From positions 1,856,001 through 1,920,000 of the forward strand of contig OX638340.1 in NCBI GenBank assembly GCA_951812955.1: DNA of 64,000 nt. The letters run 5' to 3'. Made by a program: the position numbers and the translations under genes. Origin of the DNA: an uncultured Gemmatimonadota bacterium. Lineage in GTDB: Bacteria; JAAXHH01. The stretch's first letter is position 1. Each line of letters begins with the position of its first letter. The notes beneath the pieces are model-generated. The model was not told the origin of the DNA, did not search any database, and saw only the letters and a list, made by a program, of their open reading frames with translations. Shown here piece after piece: positions 19,846-28,415 of the stretch.

Positions 19846-20016
19846 CAGTAGAGATCACGCTCCCGGGGATAGACTTCGTGTACCTGCATTCGAGTTTGTA
19901 ACATGCATTGTGTAACCGTCGACGGCGTGTATCTTGCTTATTATGTACTGCATTCTCCACGACTGAGCAACACCAGCGTGAGATATACGGACGGAACCCT
20001 GTCTGCTTGATGTATC

Positions 20017-22422
20017 ATGCTCCAAAACTACCTCACCATAGCCATTCGCAACCTGCTCAGGTATCCCGCCTACACGCTCATCAACATCGTGGGGCTCGCG
20101 ATCGGCCTGGCGGCCTGCATGCTGATCCTGCGCTACGTCTGGGACGAGATGAGCTACGATCGGTATCATCCACACGCAGATCGGGTTTACCGGGTAGTCG
20201 ATGACATAGAAAGCGCGGGGCAGACAGTCCAGACGGCGGGATCTCCTTTGGGGTGGGGGCCCGCTCTGAAGCGTGATTTTCCCGAAATCGAGCTTTTCGC
20301 CCGGGTGCGGGGCACGACATCCGTCTGGTTTATCATGCATGAAGAGAAACGTTACTATGAGAAAAAGGTCATCTGGGCGGATGCGGCTCTGCTCGACATG
20401 TTTTCCATCCCCTTTGTCGCCGGCAATCCCCGTACCGCGCTGACCGAACCGTATTCGATCGTGATCTCGGAGGATATGGCCTTCAAGTATTTCGGTGGCG
20501 AGGACCCCATGGGGAAAGTCCTCAGGGGGGACAATGTCTGGGATTTCACGGTGACCGGCGTCATGCGCAACATACCGGCCAATTCCCATCTGCGTCCTGA
20601 TATGATCATGTCCCTTGTGACACGGAATGCCATTTTTGCAAATGACCTCGATGAATGGGAGATGCACGAGAATCGTTATACTTACATCAGGCTGCATGAA
20701 AACGCCTCTCCGGATGCCCTGGAAGCTCAGCTGCCCGCCTTCGTGGAACGAAATAAAACCGGGCGGTTCCGTGATTCGAGCAAAGTGTTGAGACCGTCTC
20801 TGCAGCCCCTGGTGGACATTCACCTCCATTCGCACAGGGACAGCGAGCTCGAGCCCAACGGAGACATCCGCTACGTAACGCTCTTCATGATTATCGCCTT
20901 CCTGATTCCTATCATCGCCTGCATCAACTTCGTGAACCTGGCCACGGCACGATCGGCCATGCGCGCCAGGGAGGTGGGCGTACGCAAGGTTATGGGGGCC
21001 AATCGCCCGCAGCTACTGGGGCAGTTCCTGGGCGAAGCCGTCGTCATGGCGGGACTTGCCATGATCGTCGCGGTCGCGCTTGTACATCTAGCCCTGCCCG
21101 GCGTAAACGTGCTGGCCGGCAAGCAACTGGATTTTGCTCTTTCGGACGGCTGGGTGTTGGGAGCGCTGATCGCTGGAACCATCGTTATCGCAATGGCTGC
21201 CGGTAGCTATCCCGCAACCTACCTATCTGGTTTCCTGCCCACCGATGTACTGAAAGGGAATCTGAAGTCAGGAACGCAAGGCATGGGATTGCGGCGGACC
21301 CTGGTGGTGATCCAGTTCGTCATGTCCATCTTTCTGCTGGTCAGCACCGCCGTCATCTACGACCAGCTCGAGTACATCCAGGACATGAGGCTCGGTTTCA
21401 ATAAAGAGCATGTAATGGTGATCCCGATTACCGGCCAGGCTCAGCGCGAAAACACCCCGGTGCTGAGACAACGCGTCGCGCAGTTGCCCGGCGTGGTAGG
21501 GATAGCGACGACCGATGGCGTCCCGGGCGAACTCTCACCGCGGATTATGGCCGTCCGTTCCGATGAGATGAGCCCCGAGGACAACCTGATTGTGTCTGTG
21601 TTCTCCTCAGATGATCAGTTCCTGGAGGTCATGGAAATCGGCCTGGTGGCAGGCCGGAACTTTCAGGCCGAGTGGGGCAGGGATACAACCATGGTAGTCC
21701 TGCTGAACGAGACCGCTGCCCGTAAGCTGGGTTGGGATGCGCCGCCCGACGCAATAGGTATGCTTGTGGAATGGATCGAGTACCGCGGTACGAAGGGACG
21801 CGTCCGGGGTGTTGTGGAGGATTTTCATCTGCAATCGATTCATGAGGAAATCGAACCGATCGTATACATACACTATCCCATCGACTTCAGCGACATACTC
21901 ATCCGAATCAGGCCGGAAAACGTACCGGATACCATCACACGGATCCAGGAAGTGTGGCGGGAAGTCGAACCCCTGTATCCTCTGGCATATACGTTTCTCG
22001 ACGAAGATTTCGACAGCCTCTACCGTGCCGAACGCCAACTGGGTACGGTATTCGCGGTCTTCGCCTTTCTCGCGATCTTCGTGGCGTGCCTGGGCCTGCT
22101 TGGACTGGCTTCCTTCTCCATCCAGCAGCGGACCAGGGAGATTGGAATCCGCAAGGTACTCGGCGCTACCGTTTCGGACATCGTCCTGCTGCTCTCAAAG
22201 GATTTCATGAAGTATGTACTACTGGCCAATGTGATCGCCTGGCCCCTGGCATACCTTGCCATGGCACAATGGCTGCAGAACTATGCCTATGCGGCGGAAA
22301 TCAACTTTGCGTGGTTTATCGCGGGAGGCCTCGTTGCGGTCGCCATCGCCTGGCTTACGATCGGGGCGCACGCGCTGGCCGCCGCGGGCAGAAACCCGGT
22401 TAACGCACTAAGGCAGGGGTGA
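20017..22422 (+). CDS. Duplicated-FtsX ABC-type permease (MacB/ADOP-like), close paralog of 1-2142
   Basis: 801 aa with two FtsX modules (ACINFVNLATARSAMRAREVGVRKVMGA; FSIQQRTREIGIRKVLGA). The C-terminus AWLTIGAHALAAAGRNPVNALRQG is nearly identical to that of 1-2142. Confidence 0.9.
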   Translation: MLQNYLTIAIRNLLRYPAYTLINIVGLAIGLAACMLILRYVWDEMSYDRYHPHADRVYRVVDDIESAGQTVQTAGSPLGWGPALKRDFPEIELFARVRGTTSVWFIMHEEKRYYEKKVIWADAALLDMFSIPFVAGNPRTALTEPYSIVISEDMAFKYFGGEDPMGKVLRGDNVWDFTVTGVMRNIPANSHLRPDMIMSLVTRNAIFANDLDEWEMHENRYTYIRLHENASPDALEAQLPAFVERNKTGRFRDSSKVLRPSLQPLVDIHLHSHRDSELEPNGDIRYVTLFMIIAFLIPIIACINFVNLATARSAMRAREVGVRKVMGANRPQLLGQFLGEAVVMAGLAMIVAVALVHLALPGVNVLAGKQLDFALSDGWVLGALIAGTIVIAMAAGSYPATYLSGFLPTDVLKGNLKSGTQGMGLRRTLVVIQFVMSIFLLVSTAVIYDQLEYIQDMRLGFNKEHVMVIPITGQAQRENTPVLRQRVAQLPGVVGIATTDGVPGELSPRIMAVRSDEMSPEDNLIVSVFSSDDQFLEVMEIGLVAGRNFQAEWGRDTTMVVLLNETAARKLGWDAPPDAIGMLVEWIEYRGTKGRVRGVVEDFHLQSIHEEIEPIVYIHYPIDFSDILIRIRPENVPDTITRIQEVWREVEPLYPLAYTFLDEDFDSLYRAERQLGTVFAVFAFLAIFVACLGLLGLASFSIQQRTREIGIRKVLGATVSDIVLLLSKDFMKYVLLANVIAWPLAYLAMAQWLQNYAYAAEINFAWFIAGGLVAVAIAWLTIGAHALAAAGRNPVNALRQG

Positions 22423-22433
22423 TTTCGCGGAAA

Positions 22434-23024
22434 TTACACGACGTTCCGAGACTGGGTATCCGAGGCGTTCCAGCAAGTCTCGATCACATTAAAATCAGGT
22501 CGGGACAGGACAACGTAGGAAGGGAGTCCCAACTGTTTCCACATCGCGAATGGGTCCTGGCGAGTAATGCGGCTCACATACAGGCTCAGAACGGTCCCAT
22601 GGGTAATGAGCGCCAGGTCTTCTTGCGGAAATCGTTCTAACAGTCCGTCGACGGACTTTGAGAATCTTCTGTACGCTGTATCCGCGGTCTCCTCGCCAAA
22701 AACCAGCTCCGCAGGTTGAGCGTAGAAACGGCTGATCGACTGCTCAAAGCACTCCTTCTCCAGGAAACCGACACTCCTACGCTCATGTTCCTGCAATCCC
22801 TCGATGACTTCTACCGGAACATTCAGTCTGTGCGCTGAAATATTGGCTGTTTCTATGGCTTTAGGTTCGTTGCTACTGAATATCATATCCAGATTATACG
22901 GTCCCAGTTTCTCAGCCAAGATCCGGGAGCGGACTTGACCTTCTTCAGACAAACGCCATTCCCTGGAAGGAACCGCAGGATCGATCTCAGGCAACGAATG
23001 CTTCACCAGAACCAGTACCGGCAT
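22434..23024 (-). CDS. Histidine phosphatase-family protein (PGAM/SixA-like)
   Basis: N-terminal LVLVKHSLPE (RHG-like with the catalytic His kept), SSNEPKAIETA and a distal LITHGTV. AAGGAGG lies 10 nt upstream of the ATG. Confidence 0.65.
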   Translation of the reverse strand: MPVLVLVKHSLPEIDPAVPSREWRLSEEGQVRSRILAEKLGPYNLDMIFSSNEPKAIETANISAHRLNVPVEVIEGLQEHERRSVGFLEKECFEQSISRFYAQPAELVFGEETADTAYRRFSKSVDGLLERFPQEDLALITHGTVLSLYVSRITRQDPFAMWKQLGLPSYVVLSRPDFNVIETCWNASDTQSRNVV

Positions 23025-23046
23025 CCTTTCGGTACCTCCTTCTATA

Positions 23047-24153
23047 CTACGGCGTATTCACCGGAAAGTGCTTGATCATTCTGATGATCTTCAACTCTGT
23101 TCCCGACGGCATCTCCGAACTACCATGGTGCAGTTGTCGAAAGCCGTTTTTCTCGTAGAACTCCACGGCTGCAAGCGAAGAATTGAGTACGATACGCTCC
23201 GCGCCTGCGCGCATGGCCTGGCATTCCGCTGTTCTGTAAAGTGCCGAACCGACTCCTTTTTTACTCGCCCTGCCGGAAACGAAAACCGCGGCATTGTACT
23301 CAGTACCCTTTGCCCGATGCACCTCGGAGAATCCCAGTAATCCCGTGGCATCTTCGGCCACATAGATTGTCGCTCCCTGCGCAACGGCACCAAGGTACTT
23401 CTCTCGAGATATCGGAGCGATCCACTCCTCGAGAACCTCCATGGCGTAGTAAGGTCCGCAATGGGATCTTATCGATTCTTCGTGTATGATTGCTAGTTCG
23501 TCAAAGTCGGCCTCAGTCGCGCGGCGGACACAGTAGGAGCGTTTAGCCATTTCGACCATCTGCGTGAGTGCGCGGGGATGCTGGTGGTTTTCGAGCGCTT
23601 TTAAAACCCGTGCGGAAGCGTCCTCCGGTGCTTCGGCGGAAGTATCCACCTCGACGTCATAGACCGCGTACCTGTGCACCTGTTCGTACTGGTTTCTCGC
23701 CAGGCCTATAGTCCGATCTCCCCTCGCGACTTCCCTTCGTTCCAATTCATCGAGCGGACAGAAAACCTTCACAAACAGCACATCGAAAGGGCTGAGAATT
23801 TTCACACGATGACGTAACAGATCCAGGACATCGAACTCTTGCCCTGCCGGCAGATGCTGAGGTGGAGCGATAACATCGTCGACGATCACATTGTTACCGC
23901 TGCGGGCCAAGGCCGCGATGCACTCCGCAAACCCCATCTCGAAGTAACGGATGTCGGGGACCAACCCGCGCTTGATCTGTTTGCGCGAAGGAATCTCGTC
24001 GAACAGGTTGATGGAAAAATAGAGGAACGGTTCCTGCAGCACGTCGAGCAACGCCTCAGCCAGCGTCGTCTTCCCAGCGCTCGACGATCCATTGAGATAA
24101 ATCACACTGCCGCTGCGACTAGGGGTTTTCAAGTGCTCAACGTGGGATTTCAT
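23047..24153 (-). CDS. Fusion protein: chloramphenicol-phosphotransferase-like P-loop kinase + GNAT acetyltransferase
   Basis: The N-terminal half matches the CPT family (IYLNGSSSAGKTTLAEAL...VIVDDV...). The C-terminal ~160 aa is GNAT (AAVFVSGRASKKGVGSALY...FYEKNGF). The ORF opens at 24177 (TTG), but the ATG at 24153 forms an ATGA overlap with the upstream stop. Confidence 0.75.
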   Translation of the reverse strand: MKSHVEHLKTPSRSGSVIYLNGSSSAGKTTLAEALLDVLQEPFLYFSINLFDEIPSRKQIKRGLVPDIRYFEMGFAECIAALARSGNNVIVDDVIAPPQHLPAGQEFDVLDLLRHRVKILSPFDVLFVKVFCPLDELERREVARGDRTIGLARNQYEQVHRYAVYDVEVDTSAEAPEDASARVLKALENHQHPRALTQMVEMAKRSYCVRRATEADFDELAIIHEESIRSHCGPYYAMEVLEEWIAPISREKYLGAVAQGATIYVAEDATGLLGFSEVHRAKGTEYNAAVFVSGRASKKGVGSALYRTAECQAMRAGAERIVLNSSLAAVEFYEKNGFRQLHHGSSEMPSGTELKIIRMIKHFPVNTP

Positions 24154-24761
24154 TCTGAAGTCCATTCGCTGGGCCAACTTCCGAGTCGTCGTTCAAAGTA
24201 CAGTTCTAAACCGTCCTCTTCATCAATATGTGAGCCGATTTCCCGAAATCCCATCGACCGAGCCATGCCCAGGGATGGGATGTTACCTGGGTTGATAGAC
24301 AGGACGAAACAACGTTGACCATGTTCTTCATACGCCCATTTCATCAACGCAAGCGCCGCTTCGTTGGCGATGCCCCGTCTGCGGAAGGGTTCTCCAATTT
24401 CGTAGCCGAGTTCTACCCCATCTGCCGCTACATTTCGCAGATCCTCGGGACCGGGCTCGGAGTGGAAGCCGATCCGACCACACATAGTCTGTGACTGTTG
24501 AATGACTATGGCCCGCAACAACCAGGGCTGTACCTCTGGACTGGCATTGAGTTGTCTTAGCCGATTTCGTAAAGTACGGGTGTTGAGAACAAGGTCTATC
24601 GGAATCTTAAAGCCGGCGATCTTCTCTGCCAGCAGTTGATTCCGGGCTATCAACGCTTCCAGCAGTCGCGGGGCCATCGGAACCAATTCCAGCCGACGTG
24701 AGGTAATGATGTGGATTATTGGCTGTTCTCCGTTCGTCACCAGTGTTACAGAGAGGAACAA
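24150..24761 (-). CDS. GNAT N-acetyltransferase (RimJ/RimL-like)
   Basis: ITSRRLELVPMAP N-terminus typical of the RimL-like subfamily, plus GYEIGEPFRRRGIANEAALALMKWAYE. The exact start is uncertain (TTG at 24761). Confidence 0.75.
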   Translation of the reverse strand: MFLSVTLVTNGEQPIIHIITSRRLELVPMAPRLLEALIARNQLLAEKIAGFKIPIDLVLNTRTLRNRLRQLNASPEVQPWLLRAIVIQQSQTMCGRIGFHSEPGPEDLRNVAADGVELGYEIGEPFRRRGIANEAALALMKWAYEEHGQRCFVLSINPGNIPSLGMARSMGFREIGSHIDEEDGLELYFERRLGSWPSEWTSE

Positions 24762-24826
24762 TTAGACCGATGCCGTAAGTATAATGGCAGCACGCGTCCG
24801 TTACCAACCATTCCCTGCCGATCCGC

Positions 24827-26245
24827 CTACTCCCTGATTCCACACGCCTCGTCCGTCAGCACGTCGTAGTGATGTATGTACTTGACGCCGTCGATCACGA
24901 GCCGATCGGTTTGTGGTAGATCCTCCTCCCACGTCATTTCGACTCCCTGCAAATGGGGTGGCTTCTCCCGCTTGCCCCAGTGATTGCCGTTGTAGCGCCG
25001 GAACAGCAGCGTGCGGCCAGCGCGGGTGACGTACGCCATGACCAACACCGCTCGTTCGGACGTATCTTCGTCGATATCGAAAACCCGCATGCATTCGAAT
25101 GTCCGATCGCCGATGCACACCGTGTAGAGGCCCTGTGAAAACACCAGCGGCGCATCCGATTTCTTAATGAACGTTCCATCCGGTTGTTCCGTCAGGTAAT
25201 CCCGGTCTTCGACCAGACGGGGCGTCATCCCGAAATCCCATCCAAAGTCCTCGTCCAGGCAGGTCAGAAGTTCCCTGGTTCCATCGGATTTCATGCTCTC
25301 GACGGCCAGCCAATGCACCTCCGTCTCTTCCAGGCGGCCCCAGACCCGGGTATGGCGATCCCTCGTTTCCGGATCATGGTTGAGCGTTAGGAGACCCTCC
25401 CGGTCTGGACGGCGTTGTTCATCCATCTCGATCTCTACGCATGGTCTTCCGTGTATGATGGCGCGCCGCGTTGCAACCATGTCCTTGACCTCGGTTAACT
25501 TCCAGGCCGAACCATCCCGCGTAGGCTCGTAATCCGCCCATCGGACCTGATCACCGATTTCGGGTACGATGAACCACCAGGACAGCTCCCGAAGATCTAT
25601 GGAAAATGGAGTTGCCGTACTTATCTCGATGGATATATCGGGCCGGTAATTGGGAAAGGGTACAGTCGTAGCTTTTGTGTCGTCGCTCATGGCCATGCTC
25701 CTTCTATTGGTGGTTACACCCAGTTCGATTCGAACCATGTCCCGTCCGTGAGACAGCCGCCGCTCGATGGTTCCCGGTGGGCAGCGATGACGGGCCGCAA
25801 TTTCCGCTATGCTCAATCCATCCAGGTAGAACGACCTCAGGGCCGCTTGTTCCTTATCGGGCACGTGATCGAAGGCTTCGACCACATCCTTCGCTGCCCG
25901 CCGTTGACGGGCCGTCGGCACACCGAATCGATTAATCATCGTTGCCAGTTCCTCGGAATCGACGAAGCGCTCTCGCCGTTGTGTAGAGCGCATGAAGTCG
26001 ACGCAGCGGTTGCGCGCAACCTGGTACAGCCAGGCGCGCACGTTTCTCGGTGATCGAACACGCAACCCCAACCAGGCATGAACGAGCGTCTCCTGTAGCA
26101 CGTCCTCTACCGCCTCCACCGACCCGATACGATCCCGGATCAATGCGGCCAGAGATCGCTCGTAGCGCCGGATCAGGGCCACGAAGGCCCGTTCGTCGCC
26201 GGTCCGGATCTGTTGAACAAGTACCTGGTCACTGAGGAACCCCAT
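24827..26245 (-). CDS. ECF-type sigma-70 factor with ~280-aa C-terminal extension of unknown function
   Basis: Region 2 (FVALIRRYERSL...DVLQETLVHAWL...WLYQVARNRCVDFMR) and region 4 (FYLDGLSIAEIAARHRCPPGTIERRLSHGR) lie within the first ~185 aa. The remaining ~285 aa are soluble with no TM segment and no family I recognise. Confidence 0.8.
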   Translation of the reverse strand: MGFLSDQVLVQQIRTGDERAFVALIRRYERSLAALIRDRIGSVEAVEDVLQETLVHAWLGLRVRSPRNVRAWLYQVARNRCVDFMRSTQRRERFVDSEELATMINRFGVPTARQRRAAKDVVEAFDHVPDKEQAALRSFYLDGLSIAEIAARHRCPPGTIERRLSHGRDMVRIELGVTTNRRSMAMSDDTKATTVPFPNYRPDISIEISTATPFSIDLRELSWWFIVPEIGDQVRWADYEPTRDGSAWKLTEVKDMVATRRAIIHGRPCVEIEMDEQRRPDREGLLTLNHDPETRDRHTRVWGRLEETEVHWLAVESMKSDGTRELLTCLDEDFGWDFGMTPRLVEDRDYLTEQPDGTFIKKSDAPLVFSQGLYTVCIGDRTFECMRVFDIDEDTSERAVLVMAYVTRAGRTLLFRRYNGNHWGKREKPPHLQGVEMTWEEDLPQTDRLVIDGVKYIHHYDVLTDEACGIRE

Positions 26246-26425
26246 TAGATCGTTCTCCCTTCATCTAACAGGGCGATGTTGGCGGGGGAAAGGTTCACGG
26301 AGTTTGGAAAAGGTGACTACGTGGAGTATTGGAATGAAGCCATGAGGTACGGTCAGTTTGGCTTCTTCTGACTGAGGTGGAATAGGCTTCGTATCAGCTT
26401 ACCCCAGGATGAAAGACCAGCGAAC

Positions 26426-26785
26426 TCACCCAGATCCTGCTACAGGCCAATCAGCACCAGCCCCTGGTCCGATAACATGCCAATGCATGTGTGGCGTAAC
26501 TCCTGGCGCCGCCGCATTGGCACGCACATAGAATCCCCTGCCATCCAGCAGACCGGTGGACTTTGCAGTCTGCTGGACAGCACGCACCATGGAAGAGAGC
26601 AGATCCCCATCCAGGGCGGCCTCATCCATAAGCCCAGCAACGTGGGTTTTAGGTACCACTACCACATGGACCTGGGCTACGGGTCGCGGGTGGCGGAACG
26701 CCAATACCAGATTGTCCTCATAAATCCGTTTCACGTCGAGCTTTCCTGAGAATACATCCTCGCAATACCAATCTCGTCGCGCCAT
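26426..26785 (-). CDS. HIT-family protein
   Basis: Histidine-triad motif HMHWHVI. 119 aa. Confidence 0.85.
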   Translation of the reverse strand: MARRDWYCEDVFSGKLDVKRIYEDNLVLAFRHPRPVAQVHVVVVPKTHVAGLMDEAALDGDLLSSMVRAVQQTAKSTGLLDGRGFYVRANAAAPGVTPHMHWHVIGPGAGADWPVAGSG

Positions 26786-26832
26786 ATACTTCCCACTTTC
26801 CCGAACCTAAGGTGCAGACACTTGGATCGCCT

Positions 26833-26871
26833 TAATCATAATCATTAGATGTAACACTGATTAGATGTTAA
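26833..26871. promoter_or_regulatory. AT-rich repeat cluster in the HIT/GNAT divergent intergenic region
   Basis: (TAATCA)x2 at 26833-26844, then ATTAGATGT exact at 26844-26852 and 26860-26868 (16-nt period). Confidence 0.3.
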
Positions 26872-26947
26872 TTTACATTAAAACCAGGAATCCCGTTTAA
26901 GGTTTTATATAGCAATATTCCAGACTAGCCATATTGGATTCAACACC

Positions 26948-27427
26948 ATGCGGAACAAACAGGAATTGATTCGAATCGAACCCCTTGAGACGAAACATCA
27001 TTGCGGGATCCTCGAAATCGTAGAGCGTCTCCCCGAGTGGTTTGACGAAACCGCACGAACAAAGTCTGTCCCCACCGACTTGCGGCATCAGCTCGGTTAT
27101 GTAGCCGTCTCAAATCATAGGGTGGTCGGATTTGTCACCCTATACGTTACAGAGGGTCGGTTGCATATCGGCTGGCTTGGGGTCGAAAAGGAGTTACAGC
27201 GGCAGGGACTGGGCAGTCGGCTTTTGGGAGCGGCGGAATCGAAAGCTCTACAGATGGATATAGACCAACTCGCAACATATACGCTGGGTGACAGCGTCAC
27301 GTACCAACCCTACGAGGTGACGCGGAATTTCTACTGGAAGCACGGATTCAAGGTCTACAAGCGATCCAGGACAGACAACCCCGGATGCCCTGAAGAAATC
27401 TGGATCTCGAAGCAGGTCAAACCATGA
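26948..27427 (+). CDS. GNAT N-acetyltransferase
   Basis: Acetyl-CoA-binding motif VEKELQRQGLGSRLL and C-terminal FYWKHGF. 159 aa. Confidence 0.75.
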   Translation: MRNKQELIRIEPLETKHHCGILEIVERLPEWFDETARTKSVPTDLRHQLGYVAVSNHRVVGFVTLYVTEGRLHIGWLGVEKELQRQGLGSRLLGAAESKALQMDIDQLATYTLGDSVTYQPYEVTRNFYWKHGFKVYKRSRTDNPGCPEEIWISKQVKP

Positions 27428-27539
27428 AATGCATCCACCAAAGCGTTCATTGGTAGAAACGAAAAGACGAAACTCGGCATTTCGGAAGCCTGCGTCTCGC
27501 GAAGAATGTAATTGAACAGGTGTTTTCCCGGAGTTCAGC

Positions 27540-28346
27540 GTGGACCGTGACGTAATCCAATACTACGAAGAGCTTGAGAACGAATCCGATCGCCTGGATA
27601 GGGGTACCGCCCGGTTGGAAAGCGAAAAGACCAGGGAGATCCTTCGGGAATACCTCCCCGCACCGCCGGGTCGCATCCTCGACGTGGGCGGCGGTCCGGG
27701 CGCTTACGCCTTCTGGCTGGCAGAGCAGTCCTATGAAGTCCATTTGGTGGACATTGTCCCGCTCCACATCGAGCAGGCAAAGGAACGCGATAAAGACGGA
27801 ATCTTGAAAAGCGCGGAAATCGGCGATGCCAGAAACCTGGACTTCGAGACTGATTCCATGGACGCGGTCCTTCTATTGGGACCGCTGTACCACCTTCCCG
27901 AGCGGCCGGACAGGCTCGCGGCGCTTGAGGAATCCCTTCGCGTGCTGAAACCGGAGGGAGTCCTTTTCTGTGTAGCCATTTCCAGGTTCGCTTCGCTCCT
28001 GGACGGTATGAGAAAGGGATACCTGTTCGATCCGGTGTTTTCCAGGATAGTCCTGAAAGACCTGGTCGAAGGGCGCCACGAAAACCCGGACATGGATCCA
28101 CGCTACTTCACCACGGCCTGCTTCCATCGGCCTGAAGAACTCGAAGAAGAGATCACGGACGCGGGGTTCGAACTGTTAAAGACGTCAGGCCTGGAAGGGC
28201 CGGCGTGGCTTCTCGGCGATTTCGACGACCTGTGGGCAGACGAGACCAAGCGCAAGGAATTGCTCACTTTCCTGAAGCTGGTCGAGACGGAAACCTCGCT
28301 CATCGGCGTGAGCGCGCACATCCTTTCAGTAGCGAAAGCGCCTTGA
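27540..28346 (+). CDS. Class I SAM-dependent methyltransferase
   Basis: Motif I ILDVGGGPGAYA, followed by VDIVP and LKPEGVL motifs. Confidence 0.8.
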   Translation: MDRDVIQYYEELENESDRLDRGTARLESEKTREILREYLPAPPGRILDVGGGPGAYAFWLAEQSYEVHLVDIVPLHIEQAKERDKDGILKSAEIGDARNLDFETDSMDAVLLLGPLYHLPERPDRLAALEESLRVLKPEGVLFCVAISRFASLLDGMRKGYLFDPVFSRIVLKDLVEGRHENPDMDPRYFTTACFHRPEELEEEITDAGFELLKTSGLEGPAWLLGDFDDLWADETKRKELLTFLKLVETETSLIGVSAHILSVAKAP

Positions 28347-28415
28347 ATGTGCTGGCATCCCGTGAAGTGTTCTAAACTACCTTAACGTGCCGTCCGTTTC
28401 TTAGAGACCAAAACC

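Noticed and set aside
26272-26297. ECF-type autoregulatory promoter upstream of the sigma gene (minus strand TGAACC-N16-CGCC)
   Set aside because: The -35 only loosely resembles GGAAC-type boxes and the -10 is not a convincing CGTC-like element. It is too weak to annotate.
26948-27427. GNAT as the toxin of a GNAT/RHH toxin-antitoxin pair
   Set aside because: No small antitoxin ORF is adjacent or overlapping. The upstream neighbour is a divergent HIT gene.
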